This document shows positions 1-9,231 of a stretch of DNA of 24,000 nucleotides, in pieces (within the stretch, counting starts at the first letter, position 1; each line of letters opens with the position of its first letter). This DNA is from Thermoproteota archaeon (lineage in GTDB: Archaea > Thermoproteota > Nitrososphaeria_A > Caldarchaeales > Calditenuaceae). Location of the stretch: contig JAUQPU010000005.1 of assembly GCA_030550235.1 (NCBI GenBank), positions 5,910 through 29,909 of the forward strand. Direction: 5' to 3'. The notes beneath the pieces were generated by a model. The model was not told the origin of the DNA, did not search any database, and was given only the letters and a program-made list of their open reading frames with translations. Both the position numbers and the translations under genes were made by a program.

Positions 1-441
1 GATGCAGACCTGTCTAGGATAAAGGTCTCCATGCCGGAGACCTTCTCACAGCAGCTCAGACTAGTAGTCTGGGCGTGCGACTATATCCAGGAGCCGGGAT
101 TAATAGTTATAGACGACTTCACATACCTCCACAGGGTTGCTGCATCGGGCGTCCTCCCCCGCGACAAGTGGATCTATAAAACACTCGCATTCCAGTCCGC
201 ACTCCTCAAAGAAGTGACAAGAACCCGCAACGTCACATCAATCGCCATCTCCGATGTCCACGAGAGGCCCGGGCTAGGCCAGCCGCAGCCAGTAGCCAAC
301 ACTATCGTCTCCTACTACTCAGACAGCGAGATTTGGCTCCAGCCCATCGCCCCTAGTCGCAGGCTATTGAGGCTACGCTACGCTGACAAATCAATATCTT
401 TCCACGTAAGAATATTTGAAGGCGGAATTATAGAGGATTAA
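1..441 (+). CDS. C-terminal part of a RecA/KaiC-like superfamily ATPase; 5' end lies outside the window
   Basis: Open frame continues upstream of the ATG at 31 (DADLSRIKVSM...). Walker B-like 'GLIVIDDF' motif and overall RadA/KaiC-like layout. Confidence 0.55.
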   Translation, partial: DADLSRIKVSMPETFSQQLRLVVWACDYIQEPGLIVIDDFTYLHRVAASGVLPRDKWIYKTLAFQSALLKEVTRTRNVTSIAISDVHERPGLGQPQPVANTIVSYYSDSEIWLQPIAPSRRLLRLRYADKSISFHVRIFEGGIIED

Positions 442-816
442 TCATATCTTTGCGGAGAATCCAGAGAATAGGCCGAGCGCTGAGAAAAGTATCAAGAATG
501 TTGCTCCCAATGCAGCGTAGCCTGCAGCTCTATCTGATAGGCGCCCAGTCGCGGCGTAGTAGAAGAGGGCCATGCCTGTTAAGCCAAGTGCATAATAGCT
601 CGAGACTACTATGAACTCCGCCACTGTCTGTACCGTCTGTGTTGGGAAGAAGATCTGGCGTCCATAGAAGGTCGGGGAATTACCCATAGAGACGAATACC
701 ACCCCACTCATGACAAGTATCGCGGTGAACATCAGGATTGCCGACAGCACTCCGCGTCCCTTAACAACCCAGTCAAGGGAAAGCATGGCAATCAGCGTCT
801 TCTTAACCCTCTCCAA
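442..816 (-). CDS. Small predicted membrane protein with about 3 TM segments, unknown function
   Basis: 124-aa ORF with long hydrophobic stretches. Its stop abuts the stop of the plus-strand upstream gene. Confidence 0.6.
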   Translation of the reverse strand: MERVKKTLIAMLSLDWVVKGRGVLSAILMFTAILVMSGVVFVSMGNSPTFYGRQIFFPTQTVQTVAEFIVVSSYYALGLTGMALFYYAATGRLSDRAAGYAALGATFLILFSALGLFSGFSAKI

Positions 817-963
817 CCCGAGTTGAGAGCAAGGGTCCCCAATATAACCCTAAACCATCCTCCAACCCAAACAAAATGAAGACGCGAGTCGCAATCTCGA
901 AGAAGCCCTTGCCACCGCCGAGGCTGCATTAGATGATTATCTCTTCTCTATTAAAGAGGGTGT

Positions 964-3153
964 ATGGAATTATCCCTTTATATGGTGCTTCTTGGGTTTT
1001 TCCAGAAGATGGCTAGGTCCGTGGGCGCTATCCTCGGCAGAGTCTCAGGGGCGCTTACAAGCCTTGATAGAAGGGTTGGGGGTAAGGAATTCTATATGCC
1101 ACTCTCTGTTCTATTGATAGCGGTCACGGTTACCTTCGTCTCCAGATCATTACCGGCTAGGTGGGGCTTCCTACTAAGCGAGTTCGACCCGTGGTGGCAC
1201 TTCAAGGTAGGCAACATGATTATCGAGAGGGGCTGGGCGGGCTTCTTCGAGTTTGCCGGCCTAGTCGACTATAAGAGCTGGTATCCTACAGGCCTGTCCA
1301 TTGGGAAGACCTTCTACCCTGGGGTCTCGTTCACATTCGCCTTCATCTACCTCACCCTCTCCTCACTCGGGATAAACGTGGACCCAATGGAGCTCGCCGC
1401 CACCCTGCCGGTAGTATACGGTGTATTGGCGATAATCGTCACCTTTGTACTGGCGAGGTATGTGTTAGGCACGGGGCCTGCGCTAGCTTCAACCTTACTC
1501 TTATCGATTAGTTATGCGCATATCTCGAGGACACATCTTGGATGGCTTGATGATGAGGCGCTTGCCATCCCGCTGATGCACGCTGCCTTCCTGACATACC
1601 TCGCATCCATCAACGAGAAGAGGAGTGTAAGGGGGGCAGTGATTCTAGGCCTTCTAACAGGGCTTTTACTAGGCTACACTGGAGCGACATGGGGCGCACA
1701 TAGATTCCCCATCATGATGGTATTCCTTTTCACAGCTCTTCTAGTCTTTATGGGGAGGTACAGGGCCCAGATCTTAGCTAGCTTTATACCACTTCTTGCA
1801 TCGACAACCCTAATACTAATCAGTGTTCCCAAACTAGGCCTATCCTACATCCTAGAGGTCACCCTCCTTTCAGGCTACCTCGCCATGGCATATGTCGCCA
1901 TTGCAGCCGTGTTATACAGGTACTGGGATATTAGGAGGGCAGTGATAACACTGAGAGGCATTGCCCTCGGTCTAGTCCTACTTAGTGTTGGTTTGGTTGT
2001 GGCCGCTGTAGCAGATCTTCCTGGGTTAAAGTTTCTCTCGGTTATGTTCCCCCAGCTGAGGGGTGAGCTCGTAATAATCAGCTCTGTTGCAGAGAACCAA
2101 GCAGCCACTTGGTCAACACTATTCAACGACTTCGGACCCACACTAATTTTAGTGCCCTTCGGTATCTTCCTGCTACTCAGGAGGGCGGGGGATGGCGACA
2201 TATTCCTGGCGCTCTATGCAGTCCTATCCCTATACTTCGCATCCTCGCTGGTCAGGCTGGCCCTGCCCACCTCTCCTATCGCCGCGATATTGGCTGGTTT
2301 TGCACTGACAGAGATGCTTGTCCTCGCTTCAAGAAATCTCGTCCCACACCGCGGACTGAAGCTAAGGAAAATGGGAGAGAGAAGATTCCTAATCGCAGTC
2401 CCACTAGTCATGATGATGCTCATCTCGGCTCACTATCTTCCCCAAGCTATGGGTAATTCCTGGGCGTTCTCGTCCCTCGATGCTGCGTATTCTCCGAGCA
2501 CCATTACCTCTGCCTCGCTTCCGACGGGCAGGGGTGTAGTATTGAGTGATTGGCTGCGCGCTGTGGAGTGGATGCGGAATAACCTTCCAGACAACGCAGT
2601 GGTTGCTGCGTGGTGGGACTATGGGGACTGGATCTCGATAGTGGCCAACAAGACCTCACTAGTCGACAACACGACTATAGATAATCTGAAAATTGCGAAG
2701 GTTGGCTATGCCCTCCTCTCACCCACGAACGTCAGCCTGAGAATATTCAAGGAGATGGGCGCAACTCACGTCCTCATATTTATTTCGCATAGACCCCAAA
2801 CGGGGGCTGGCGACTTCCCACGACTCATATACTACGGTGACGAGTCAAAATGGTTCTGGATGCTGCGGATAGCGAATCAGCATGCCCGAGACCTTGGACT
2901 AAAGCCGATAGACGAGGTCTCACTTCTCGGCCCTAACAGGGACCCGACAAACCCGACAGACAAGTTCTGGACCGATACTACTCTCGGCCAGTTGATACCG
3001 TTCAAGCCCAGGCAGACCTCAGACCAATTCGGCAACATTGTCACTGCACATTACTATGAAGAGCCTAATGTGCAGGGCTATAGACTGGTCTTCTCATCCT
3101 CTCAACCATACACAAGCCTAGCATACGTCTACATCTATGAGATAACAGGTTAG
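964..3153 (+). CDS. aglB: Oligosaccharyltransferase catalytic subunit (STT3/AglB family); the true start may be slightly downstream of 964
   Basis: Many TM helices, first-loop acidic motif 'SEFDPWWHFKVGN', 'WLDDEALAIP' and the hallmark 'WWDYGDWIS' motif. Confidence 0.93.
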   Translation: MELSLYMVLLGFFQKMARSVGAILGRVSGALTSLDRRVGGKEFYMPLSVLLIAVTVTFVSRSLPARWGFLLSEFDPWWHFKVGNMIIERGWAGFFEFAGLVDYKSWYPTGLSIGKTFYPGVSFTFAFIYLTLSSLGINVDPMELAATLPVVYGVLAIIVTFVLARYVLGTGPALASTLLLSISYAHISRTHLGWLDDEALAIPLMHAAFLTYLASINEKRSVRGAVILGLLTGLLLGYTGATWGAHRFPIMMVFLFTALLVFMGRYRAQILASFIPLLASTTLILISVPKLGLSYILEVTLLSGYLAMAYVAIAAVLYRYWDIRRAVITLRGIALGLVLLSVGLVVAAVADLPGLKFLSVMFPQLRGELVIISSVAENQAATWSTLFNDFGPTLILVPFGIFLLLRRAGDGDIFLALYAVLSLYFASSLVRLALPTSPIAAILAGFALTEMLVLASRNLVPHRGLKLRKMGERRFLIAVPLVMMMLISAHYLPQAMGNSWAFSSLDAAYSPSTITSASLPTGRGVVLSDWLRAVEWMRNNLPDNAVVAAWWDYGDWISIVANKTSLVDNTTIDNLKIAKVGYALLSPTNVSLRIFKEMGATHVLIFISHRPQTGAGDFPRLIYYGDESKWFWMLRIANQHARDLGLKPIDEVSLLGPNRDPTNPTDKFWTDTTLGQLIPFKPRQTSDQFGNIVTAHYYEEPNVQGYRLVFSSSQPYTSLAYVYIYEITG

Positions 3154-3908
3154 CCAATGTATGAGGGAGCTCCTCCCCCCCGCTCCATCTCCTCAAAGAA
3201 CCTACTAGCCTCCTTCAGAAGCTGCCGCTGCTTCTCAATCTCAACATCGAGCTTAGATGTGTCGACGGGTATGCCGAGATACTCTGAGAGTATAGCCAAT
3301 ACCTTCTTCGCAGATGCGAGGTCTGGCGCCAATCCCATAGTATCCGATATTAGAAGGTCCATGGGTGTGTTGTTCAGATGGAACCGAAGCATCATCGAGG
3401 ATGTGAGCCTATCAACTGGTAATGTATCAATATTAGTGGCAGACCGTGCGCCGAGGCGCAGCAGCCGCCTAACCCTCTCTATGTCCGTGGAGGATGCATA
3501 AACCTCACCAGTTGCATTGACTCGACCGCTTGTCAGAACTAGAAAGCTGCTAATTTTATATTGCGATAGATACTTGAGCAGCAACTCTGAGATATCCTCA
3601 CCTACCTCAGTTGTCTCTATTATGAAGTTCCGCGTAATGATTAATAATGCCTGCTTCTGGTTTGTGCGCGGCCTCGAGAAATAAATCTCAACTTTAGGCG
3701 GGGTTGCCACCCCGTCGTTGTTTATCAGCGTTACTTGGGGGAAGTGGGGAGAGAAGATCTCAGCTATTTTGACCATCTCTAAGCTCTCTTGGAGGATGCT
3801 GGAGACGATTAGCGCAACAACGCCAGGCCCACCTCCCGCATCTACGACGACATATTCTAGCTCGTCGGGTGGCGCTGACGTTAAGATGTTGAGCCTCGAC
3901 TCCTTCAA
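3150..3908 (-). CDS. PAC2-family (proteasome assembly chaperone-like) protein
   Basis: 252-aa ORF with 'GGGPGVVALIVSSIL...' at the N terminus, a 'LLISDTMGLAPD' segment and a C-terminal coiled helix, as in archaeal PAC2 proteins. Confidence 0.5.
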   Translation of the reverse strand: MKESRLNILTSAPPDELEYVVVDAGGGPGVVALIVSSILQESLEMVKIAEIFSPHFPQVTLINNDGVATPPKVEIYFSRPRTNQKQALLIITRNFIIETTEVGEDISELLLKYLSQYKISSFLVLTSGRVNATGEVYASSTDIERVRRLLRLGARSATNIDTLPVDRLTSSMMLRFHLNNTPMDLLISDTMGLAPDLASAKKVLAILSEYLGIPVDTSKLDVEIEKQRQLLKEASRFFEEMERGGGAPSYIG

Positions 3909-4010
3909 ACCCCTATTATATCGCTTAGGGGACTATTAAATGCATCAACCACCCACACCATGTGTTTGCCGGTGTGGAATGTTGTTCTTCTTCGTGTAGG
4001 TATATAGGAT

Positions 4011-4019
4011 TTAAATACA
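4011..4019 (+). promoter_or_regulatory. Putative archaeal TATA box for the rhodanese/GcvH-TusA/SIS cluster
   Basis: 'ttaaataca' within 'tataggatttaaatacag', roughly 30-35 nt upstream of the candidate TTG start at 4049. Confidence 0.4.
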
Positions 4020-4048
4020 GCAATTATATCGCTATAATACGATTACCC

Positions 4049-4894
4049 TTGAGTGGAAAAGAAGAGGTTTCTGTGCTGGTATCTACCGAGTGGGTAGCGA
4101 AGAATCTCGGCAACCCGGGGGTCAGGATAGTTGAGGTTGACTACGACCCGCAGACAGCCTACTTTCAGGGACACATACGAGGCGCCGTCCTATGGGACTG
4201 GAAAAAAGACATAAACGACCCGATAGAGCGGAACATAATCAGCAAAGAAGGATTTGAGTCCCTCTGCTCCCGAAGCGGCATCTCAAACGATACCCACATA
4301 GTGCTTTACGGCGACTTCAACAACTGGTTCGCCGCTTTCGCCTTCTGGGTCGCGAGGCTATACGGACATGAGAGAATCAGCCTAATGGATGGAGGTAGGA
4401 AGAAGTGGATAGCTGAAGAGAGGGAGTTGACAAAGGATATCCCAGCCCCTTCCGTAGCCAATTATAAAGTTTCGAAAGTGAGGTATGAATACAGGGTGCT
4501 TCTGCCAGATGTCCGAGCCAGGCTGGGAAGCCCGACAGTATCGCTGGTGGATGTACGGTCCCCTGATGAGTACTCTGGCAAGATTCTGGCACCACCTGAG
4601 TACCCGACAGAACATGCCCAGAGAGGAGGCCACATACCGGGGGCAGTGAACATCCCTTGGGCGCGGGCGCTCAACGAGGACGGCACCTTTAAACCTGTCG
4701 AGGAGCTTAGAAAGCTATACGAGAATCTGGGCGTGACATCTGACAAAGAAGTGATAACCTATTGCAGGATAGGCGAGAGGTCATCCGTCACTTGGTTCGT
4801 ATTGAAGGAGCTGCTCAAATACCCTAAAGTCAGGAACTATGATGGAAGCTGGAGTGAGTGGGGAAACGTTGTCGGGACTCCGATAGAGAAATAA
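4049..4894 (+). CDS. Two-domain rhodanese / thiosulfate sulfurtransferase
   Basis: Tandem rhodanese domains ('GHIRGAVLWDW', 'LVDVRSPDEYSG', 'RGGHIPGAVNIPW') and active-site loop 'TYCRIGERSS'. TTG at 4049 or GTG at 4073 are likelier starts than 3962. Confidence 0.92.
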   Translation: MSGKEEVSVLVSTEWVAKNLGNPGVRIVEVDYDPQTAYFQGHIRGAVLWDWKKDINDPIERNIISKEGFESLCSRSGISNDTHIVLYGDFNNWFAAFAFWVARLYGHERISLMDGGRKKWIAEERELTKDIPAPSVANYKVSKVRYEYRVLLPDVRARLGSPTVSLVDVRSPDEYSGKILAPPEYPTEHAQRGGHIPGAVNIPWARALNEDGTFKPVEELRKLYENLGVTSDKEVITYCRIGERSSVTWFVLKELLKYPKVRNYDGSWSEWGNVVGTPIEK

Positions 4895-4921
4895 GTCGAG
4901 CGAAGGAATTATCAGGGTGGA

Positions 4922-5608
4922 ATGGAAGAGCTTCACGGCTGCAGATTCTCAAACACCGATTTTTACTTCCTCGACAGCATGCTTTGGCTACGCCCCATTC
5001 AGGATAAACTATTCCGCGTCGGGGTCCTCCCTATCACACAGACTCTTTGGGGTAAAATAACCTCGATAAGACCAAAGCAGCCTGGTGAAGAGATTATGGC
5101 TAACAGGGCTATCTGCTTGATAGAATCCCGAAGATTTACTGGAAATATTACTGCCCCTTTCAACCTACGAATAGAGCGTCTCAACAATGAGGCTCTCGAG
5201 AAACCCTGGGCTATGCAGAGAGGGGATGGAGACTCCGCCTGGCTCTGCGAGGTCTACGCCCTTCACGACGACTACCTAGCTAGGTTGAAGAATTGGAGCG
5301 AGGTGCGAGAAATGGTGGATAAAATGATAAAAGAGAAGGGGATAATCTGTTTTAAAGAGGTGCCAGACTATGTTTACGCCGCAATCGGGATAGAGTGTAG
5401 CCAGCTAGTTATGGTTCTCTCAGATAAGCTCGAAGGATTTCCCGACGATAGTGTTATACACATAGTCGCTGACTATGATGAAGGTGCCGAGAGGGAACTT
5501 AATAAATGGAGCAGAATAACCGGGAACGAGCTCCTCGAATTCAAGGTTGAAAAGAGGTTAGCCCATGCATTAATCAGGCGCAAAACTCGCTCTAAGAGCT
5601 GGGATTAA
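4922..5608 (+). CDS. GcvH-like (lipoyl domain-like) / TusA-like fusion protein
   Basis: N-terminal half: 'MLWLRPIQDKLFRVGVLPITQTLWGKITSIRPKQPGEE...CLIESRRFTGNITAPFNLRIERLN...' aligns to GcvH. C-terminal half: 'VYAAIGIECSQLVMVLSDKLEGFPDDSVIHIVADYDEGAERELNKWSRITGNELLEFKVEKRLAHALIRRK' aligns to TusA/SirA. Confidence 0.75.
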   Translation: MEELHGCRFSNTDFYFLDSMLWLRPIQDKLFRVGVLPITQTLWGKITSIRPKQPGEEIMANRAICLIESRRFTGNITAPFNLRIERLNNEALEKPWAMQRGDGDSAWLCEVYALHDDYLARLKNWSEVREMVDKMIKEKGIICFKEVPDYVYAAIGIECSQLVMVLSDKLEGFPDDSVIHIVADYDEGAERELNKWSRITGNELLEFKVEKRLAHALIRRKTRSKSWD

Positions 5609-5641
5609 ATTTTTATTCCACGGGCTCCATCTCCCGAGTGA

Positions 5642-6799
5642 ATGGCTCTACTGAAGAGTAGCCTCGGCTATATGAACAACGTTATACAAAATGTATCAGA
5701 GATAGACCTCAATCAGGCTGCTGAGCTCTACAGCGACCTCAAGTCTGCAGGGGTTATCGTTCCACACGGCGAGGGCAGAAGTAAAGGTGCTGTAAGCATA
5801 ATCTGCAGCGAGCTGGCTAAGATGGATCGGGGGAAGGTTGTCGTAGACCGGAGCGATGTGGGATTCCCTGACAGGAGCTTTGACATGGCTGCGCCCAAGC
5901 TCAAGCAGAGATTTGGAAGGGTCAGCTTACTCATACTCTCAGGTAGCGGCCGCTCCCTCATGCCCCTCGTCGACGCCCAGAAACTCGCGCTCGTGATCTC
6001 GAAGTCTGAAAAGATGAAAGACTACACGATAGACGTTGTCACAAGCGATGCAGACTCGCCGTTAGGTAAGCTTGGAAAGAAGTATGGTACATGCACCTAT
6101 GTGAAGGGCCGTACAGTCTCCGAGGAGAATGCCTCAACCTCTGAGTTTAAGCAGTACGGGATTCTTGAGGACATCTTCATACTCAGTGCTTCGGTTCTTC
6201 TCCAGGCTGTGGCTGAATGTATATACGAGGACAGCGACCCCCTGAACATGTCTGAGAAGATAAACCAGCTACTGGTCGAGACAAACGAGGTTGTCGAGAA
6301 TGTCATCAAGTCTGACTTTATGCACTCGCTTATTGAGTTGCTGGAGAGGCGCAATACATGTTTTCTAGCAGGGTTGGGGAGTAGTCAGGAGGTGGCTAGG
6401 ATGACTGGTGTGAGGATCGGGCATGTGAAGCGGGCTATAGGAGACCAAGTCTTCGTGTCTGGTGATACGAATGTCCCGCCACCCAGAGCAGGTGACGTTT
6501 TGATAGCGATATCGCACAGCGGTGAGACGGAGGTTGTAGCCTCATGGTGTAGGACTTTCAAGAAGATGGGAGGGTATGTCGTCTCAATTGTGGGGGCCAA
6601 GGACTCGACAATCAACTCGCTCTCAGACCAGACCCTCTATATCCCCTCAAGATACCTGCCAGGGAGGCCTAACGACTTCTACCTGAAGGTAGCCTTCGCC
6701 ACAAGTCCCCTCCCCCTATACCTCGTAGACAGGCTACAGGAGAGGGGCCTCAAACTCCCAGAGTACATACTACGTTGGTACCACTCGATAATGGCCTAG
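5642..6799 (+). CDS. Tandem SIS-domain protein; second domain resembles 6-phospho-3-hexuloisomerase-type sugar isomerases
   Basis: Second half has 'PPPRAGDVLIAISHSGETEVVASWCRTFKKMGGYVVSIVGAKDSTINSLSDQTLYIP'. First half has 'SLLILSGSGRSLMPLV', a divergent SIS-like pattern. Confidence 0.7.
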   Translation: MALLKSSLGYMNNVIQNVSEIDLNQAAELYSDLKSAGVIVPHGEGRSKGAVSIICSELAKMDRGKVVVDRSDVGFPDRSFDMAAPKLKQRFGRVSLLILSGSGRSLMPLVDAQKLALVISKSEKMKDYTIDVVTSDADSPLGKLGKKYGTCTYVKGRTVSEENASTSEFKQYGILEDIFILSASVLLQAVAECIYEDSDPLNMSEKINQLLVETNEVVENVIKSDFMHSLIELLERRNTCFLAGLGSSQEVARMTGVRIGHVKRAIGDQVFVSGDTNVPPPRAGDVLIAISHSGETEVVASWCRTFKKMGGYVVSIVGAKDSTINSLSDQTLYIPSRYLPGRPNDFYLKVAFATSPLPLYLVDRLQERGLKLPEYILRWYHSIMA

Positions 6800-6850
6800 A
6801 CAATGCTCCACGGGAATCCGTTCAAATATAAGGCCTGCGCAAGTATTCTC

Positions 6851-8044
6851 TTATTCTTTGATCCACTTCGCTGCCCGTCTTCTGATGATGAAAATCAATA
6901 GTGACGTGGCTAGTGGTGGTAGTGCGCCGAAGATTGTAAAGACGTTTGTCCATCCTATGGTTGAGATGTAGAGGGAGGTTAGTGGAGCGCCTATTGCGAC
7001 GCCGAGGAGGCTTGCAGACTGGTTTAGGCCTGAGCCCAGCCCTCTCGCCTCCTGTGGTAGGGTCACCACGAGATAGCTGGATGAGAAGATTACTGCTCCG
7101 AGGGCGAAGCCGAAGATTATTGATGCGAGCAGCCGGAGCTGCAGTGAGCCGACCCCATGCTCCAGCACTAGTGCCGTAGCCATGGATGCGAATTGGCCCA
7201 TGACTAGCGGTAGGAGCGGTGTCCGGGTCTTGGTGAGCCTAGCCGATAGTGGGAATATCGGGATTGAGACTGCCGTGGAGAGGGCCATAAAGAGACCTAC
7301 CTGAGCAGCGGCCAGCCTCTCATCAAACCCAAATCTATCGATCAACATAGTTGGAAGAGTGCCTACTATTCCACCAATCAACAGGTACATGCTTAGGATG
7401 CTGAGCATCGAGAGGGACACACGCAGCGCATACGTCCTAATGATGCGTGTTCCTCCACGCCTATCAGGCTTTGAGTGTGGCGATGTTGGTAAGCCGGCTA
7501 GCGTGGCGGCCAGGCTGACCGCGACTAATGCCCCGATCACGATATAGACTGTCTGAAACCCGAGCGTCGAGACGAGGCCCGAAGCTGAGCCAGACCCCAC
7601 AATTATTGCGGCCGTTACAAATGTCCAGAAGAGGCTCAGTGGCCGCCCAACGTCCTTGGAGAAGAAGTCTCCAATCAGCGCCAGGGCTGAGGGGACTATG
7701 AAGGAGTCGAACACCGCGTGGAGGACCCTAGCCGCTAGAAGGATCTGTGGGGATGGTGAGAGTGCGTAGAGAGTCATTGCAATTAGGTCGCCGGCCAGTC
7801 CCACCGTCATAGCCCTACGACGGCCGAAAGTATCGGTGAGATAGCCCCCCAAAACAATCATGGGTATGGCGACAAGAGAATAGGCTCCAGCTATCAGCCC
7901 TGCGAGGAAGGCGTCCGCGTTAAGTGCCCTAGCTTGAGACGCTATAATCGGCGAGATCATCGAAGTGTCGATTAGTGCAACAAAACCTATCGCGCCGAGG
8001 ATAGTGTATAGGCTCTTGGAGTATCCACCAATAACCTGAACCAT
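6851..8044 (-). CDS. Major facilitator superfamily transporter
   Basis: About 12 hydrophobic segments and MFS motif A 'GGYLTDTFGRRRAMTVG'. Confidence 0.85.
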   Translation of the reverse strand: MVQVIGGYSKSLYTILGAIGFVALIDTSMISPIIASQARALNADAFLAGLIAGAYSLVAIPMIVLGGYLTDTFGRRRAMTVGLAGDLIAMTLYALSPSPQILLAARVLHAVFDSFIVPSALALIGDFFSKDVGRPLSLFWTFVTAAIIVGSGSASGLVSTLGFQTVYIVIGALVAVSLAATLAGLPTSPHSKPDRRGGTRIIRTYALRVSLSMLSILSMYLLIGGIVGTLPTMLIDRFGFDERLAAAQVGLFMALSTAVSIPIFPLSARLTKTRTPLLPLVMGQFASMATALVLEHGVGSLQLRLLASIIFGFALGAVIFSSSYLVVTLPQEARGLGSGLNQSASLLGVAIGAPLTSLYISTIGWTNVFTIFGALPPLATSLLIFIIRRRAAKWIKE

Positions 8045-8182
8045 TTAGGTTGAATCGCCAACATTTAGGATATAAACATGTCGAGACTACAATGAACATC
8101 GTCTAAAACCTTAGAAGTTGCAAAGACAATGCCGACTCCCGACTCTTCCGTATTTACGTGTTAAACAAGGAAGGAGGAAGGT

Positions 8183-8216
8183 GAGGTGTGTGGAGCGTTT
8201 TAGCGTAGGCCACGCC
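8183..8216. other. 3' half of a candidate pre-23S terminal/processing stem
   Basis: 'gaggtgtgtggagcg' (8183-8197) and 'gtaggccacgcc' (8205-8216) are near-complementary to 12076-12091 'cgctccaacacacctc' and 12057-12068 'ggcgcggcctac'. Confidence 0.6.
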
Positions 8217-8552
8217 CGACCCTCTAAGCGGCTCGGGCGATTGGGAGTGGCACGCTGAGGGCGTCCGGCCTAAGCCTCCGCCCGTACACGCCCACCCCAT
8301 AAACCCCCTCTTCTAGGGGAGCCCTCGTCGGGGCCCAAGACCCGTTGCCGGGCCCTATAGGCCCCGATTGGCCGCCTATTTTTGGGAGTGGCTTCGGGCT
8401 TAGATGCTTTCAGCCCTTATCCACAGGGGCGCGGCTGCCCGGCGCCGCCCTGTAGGACGACCGGTAGACCGTTGGCCCCGGCCCTCCGTTCCTCTCGTAC
8501 TAGGAGGACCTTCCCCTCAGGCGGCCCGCACCCCCAGTAGGTAGAAACCGAT

Positions 8553-8595
<43 letters not shown>

Positions 8596-9231
8596 AGGCG
8601 AGCAGCCTCACCCTTGGCCCCTGCTGCGAGGCCAGGAGGGGAAGAGCCGACATCGAGGTACCAAGCCGCGGGGTCGATGGGGACTCTCGCCCGCGACGAG
8701 CCTGTTATCCCTGGGGTAACTTTTCTGACACCACCGGCCCCCACTGGTAGGAGCCGATGGATCGCTAGGCCCGGGTTTCCCCTCAGGACCCCTTGCTCTC
8801 CAGGGTCCTGTCAGGCCGGCTTATGCCCTTGCACTCTACAGCGGGTTTCTGTCCCGCCTGAGCCGACCTTAGGGCTCCTCCGATATCTTTTCGGAGGAGT
8901 GCCGCCCCAGCCAAACTGCCCACCAGCCGTTGTCCCAGGGTCAGGCCCTGGTTAGCGGGGCAGTCCGGAGTAGCCGGTGTTACATTGTCGCCTCCCCAGG
9001 CCCCCGGAGAAGCCTGGATTAACGGCTCCCGGCTACACTATGTACTCCAAACCGCTCCGCAGCAACTGGCTGCAGTAAAGCTCCACAGGGTCTTCTCTCC
9101 CCACTGGGGGTTCGTGGACTGTTCGCCCACGTTATGTGGGTTCACGGGGCTCCAGGCCGGGACAGCGGGGCCCTCGTTGATCCATTCATGCACGTCGGAA
9201 CTCACCCGACAAGGCATTTGGCTACCTTAAG

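Noticed and set aside
1875-2456. ORFs 1875-2201, 2109-2456 and 2214-2423 inside the aglB region
   Set aside because: They overlap the strongly supported STT3/AglB gene in other frames and lack domain signatures.
8045-8180. Possible 5S rRNA or tRNA downstream of the 23S gene
   Set aside because: The sequence between the MFS start and the 23S 3' flank shows no tRNA cloverleaf motifs or 5S consensus by eye. A covariance search would be needed to be certain.
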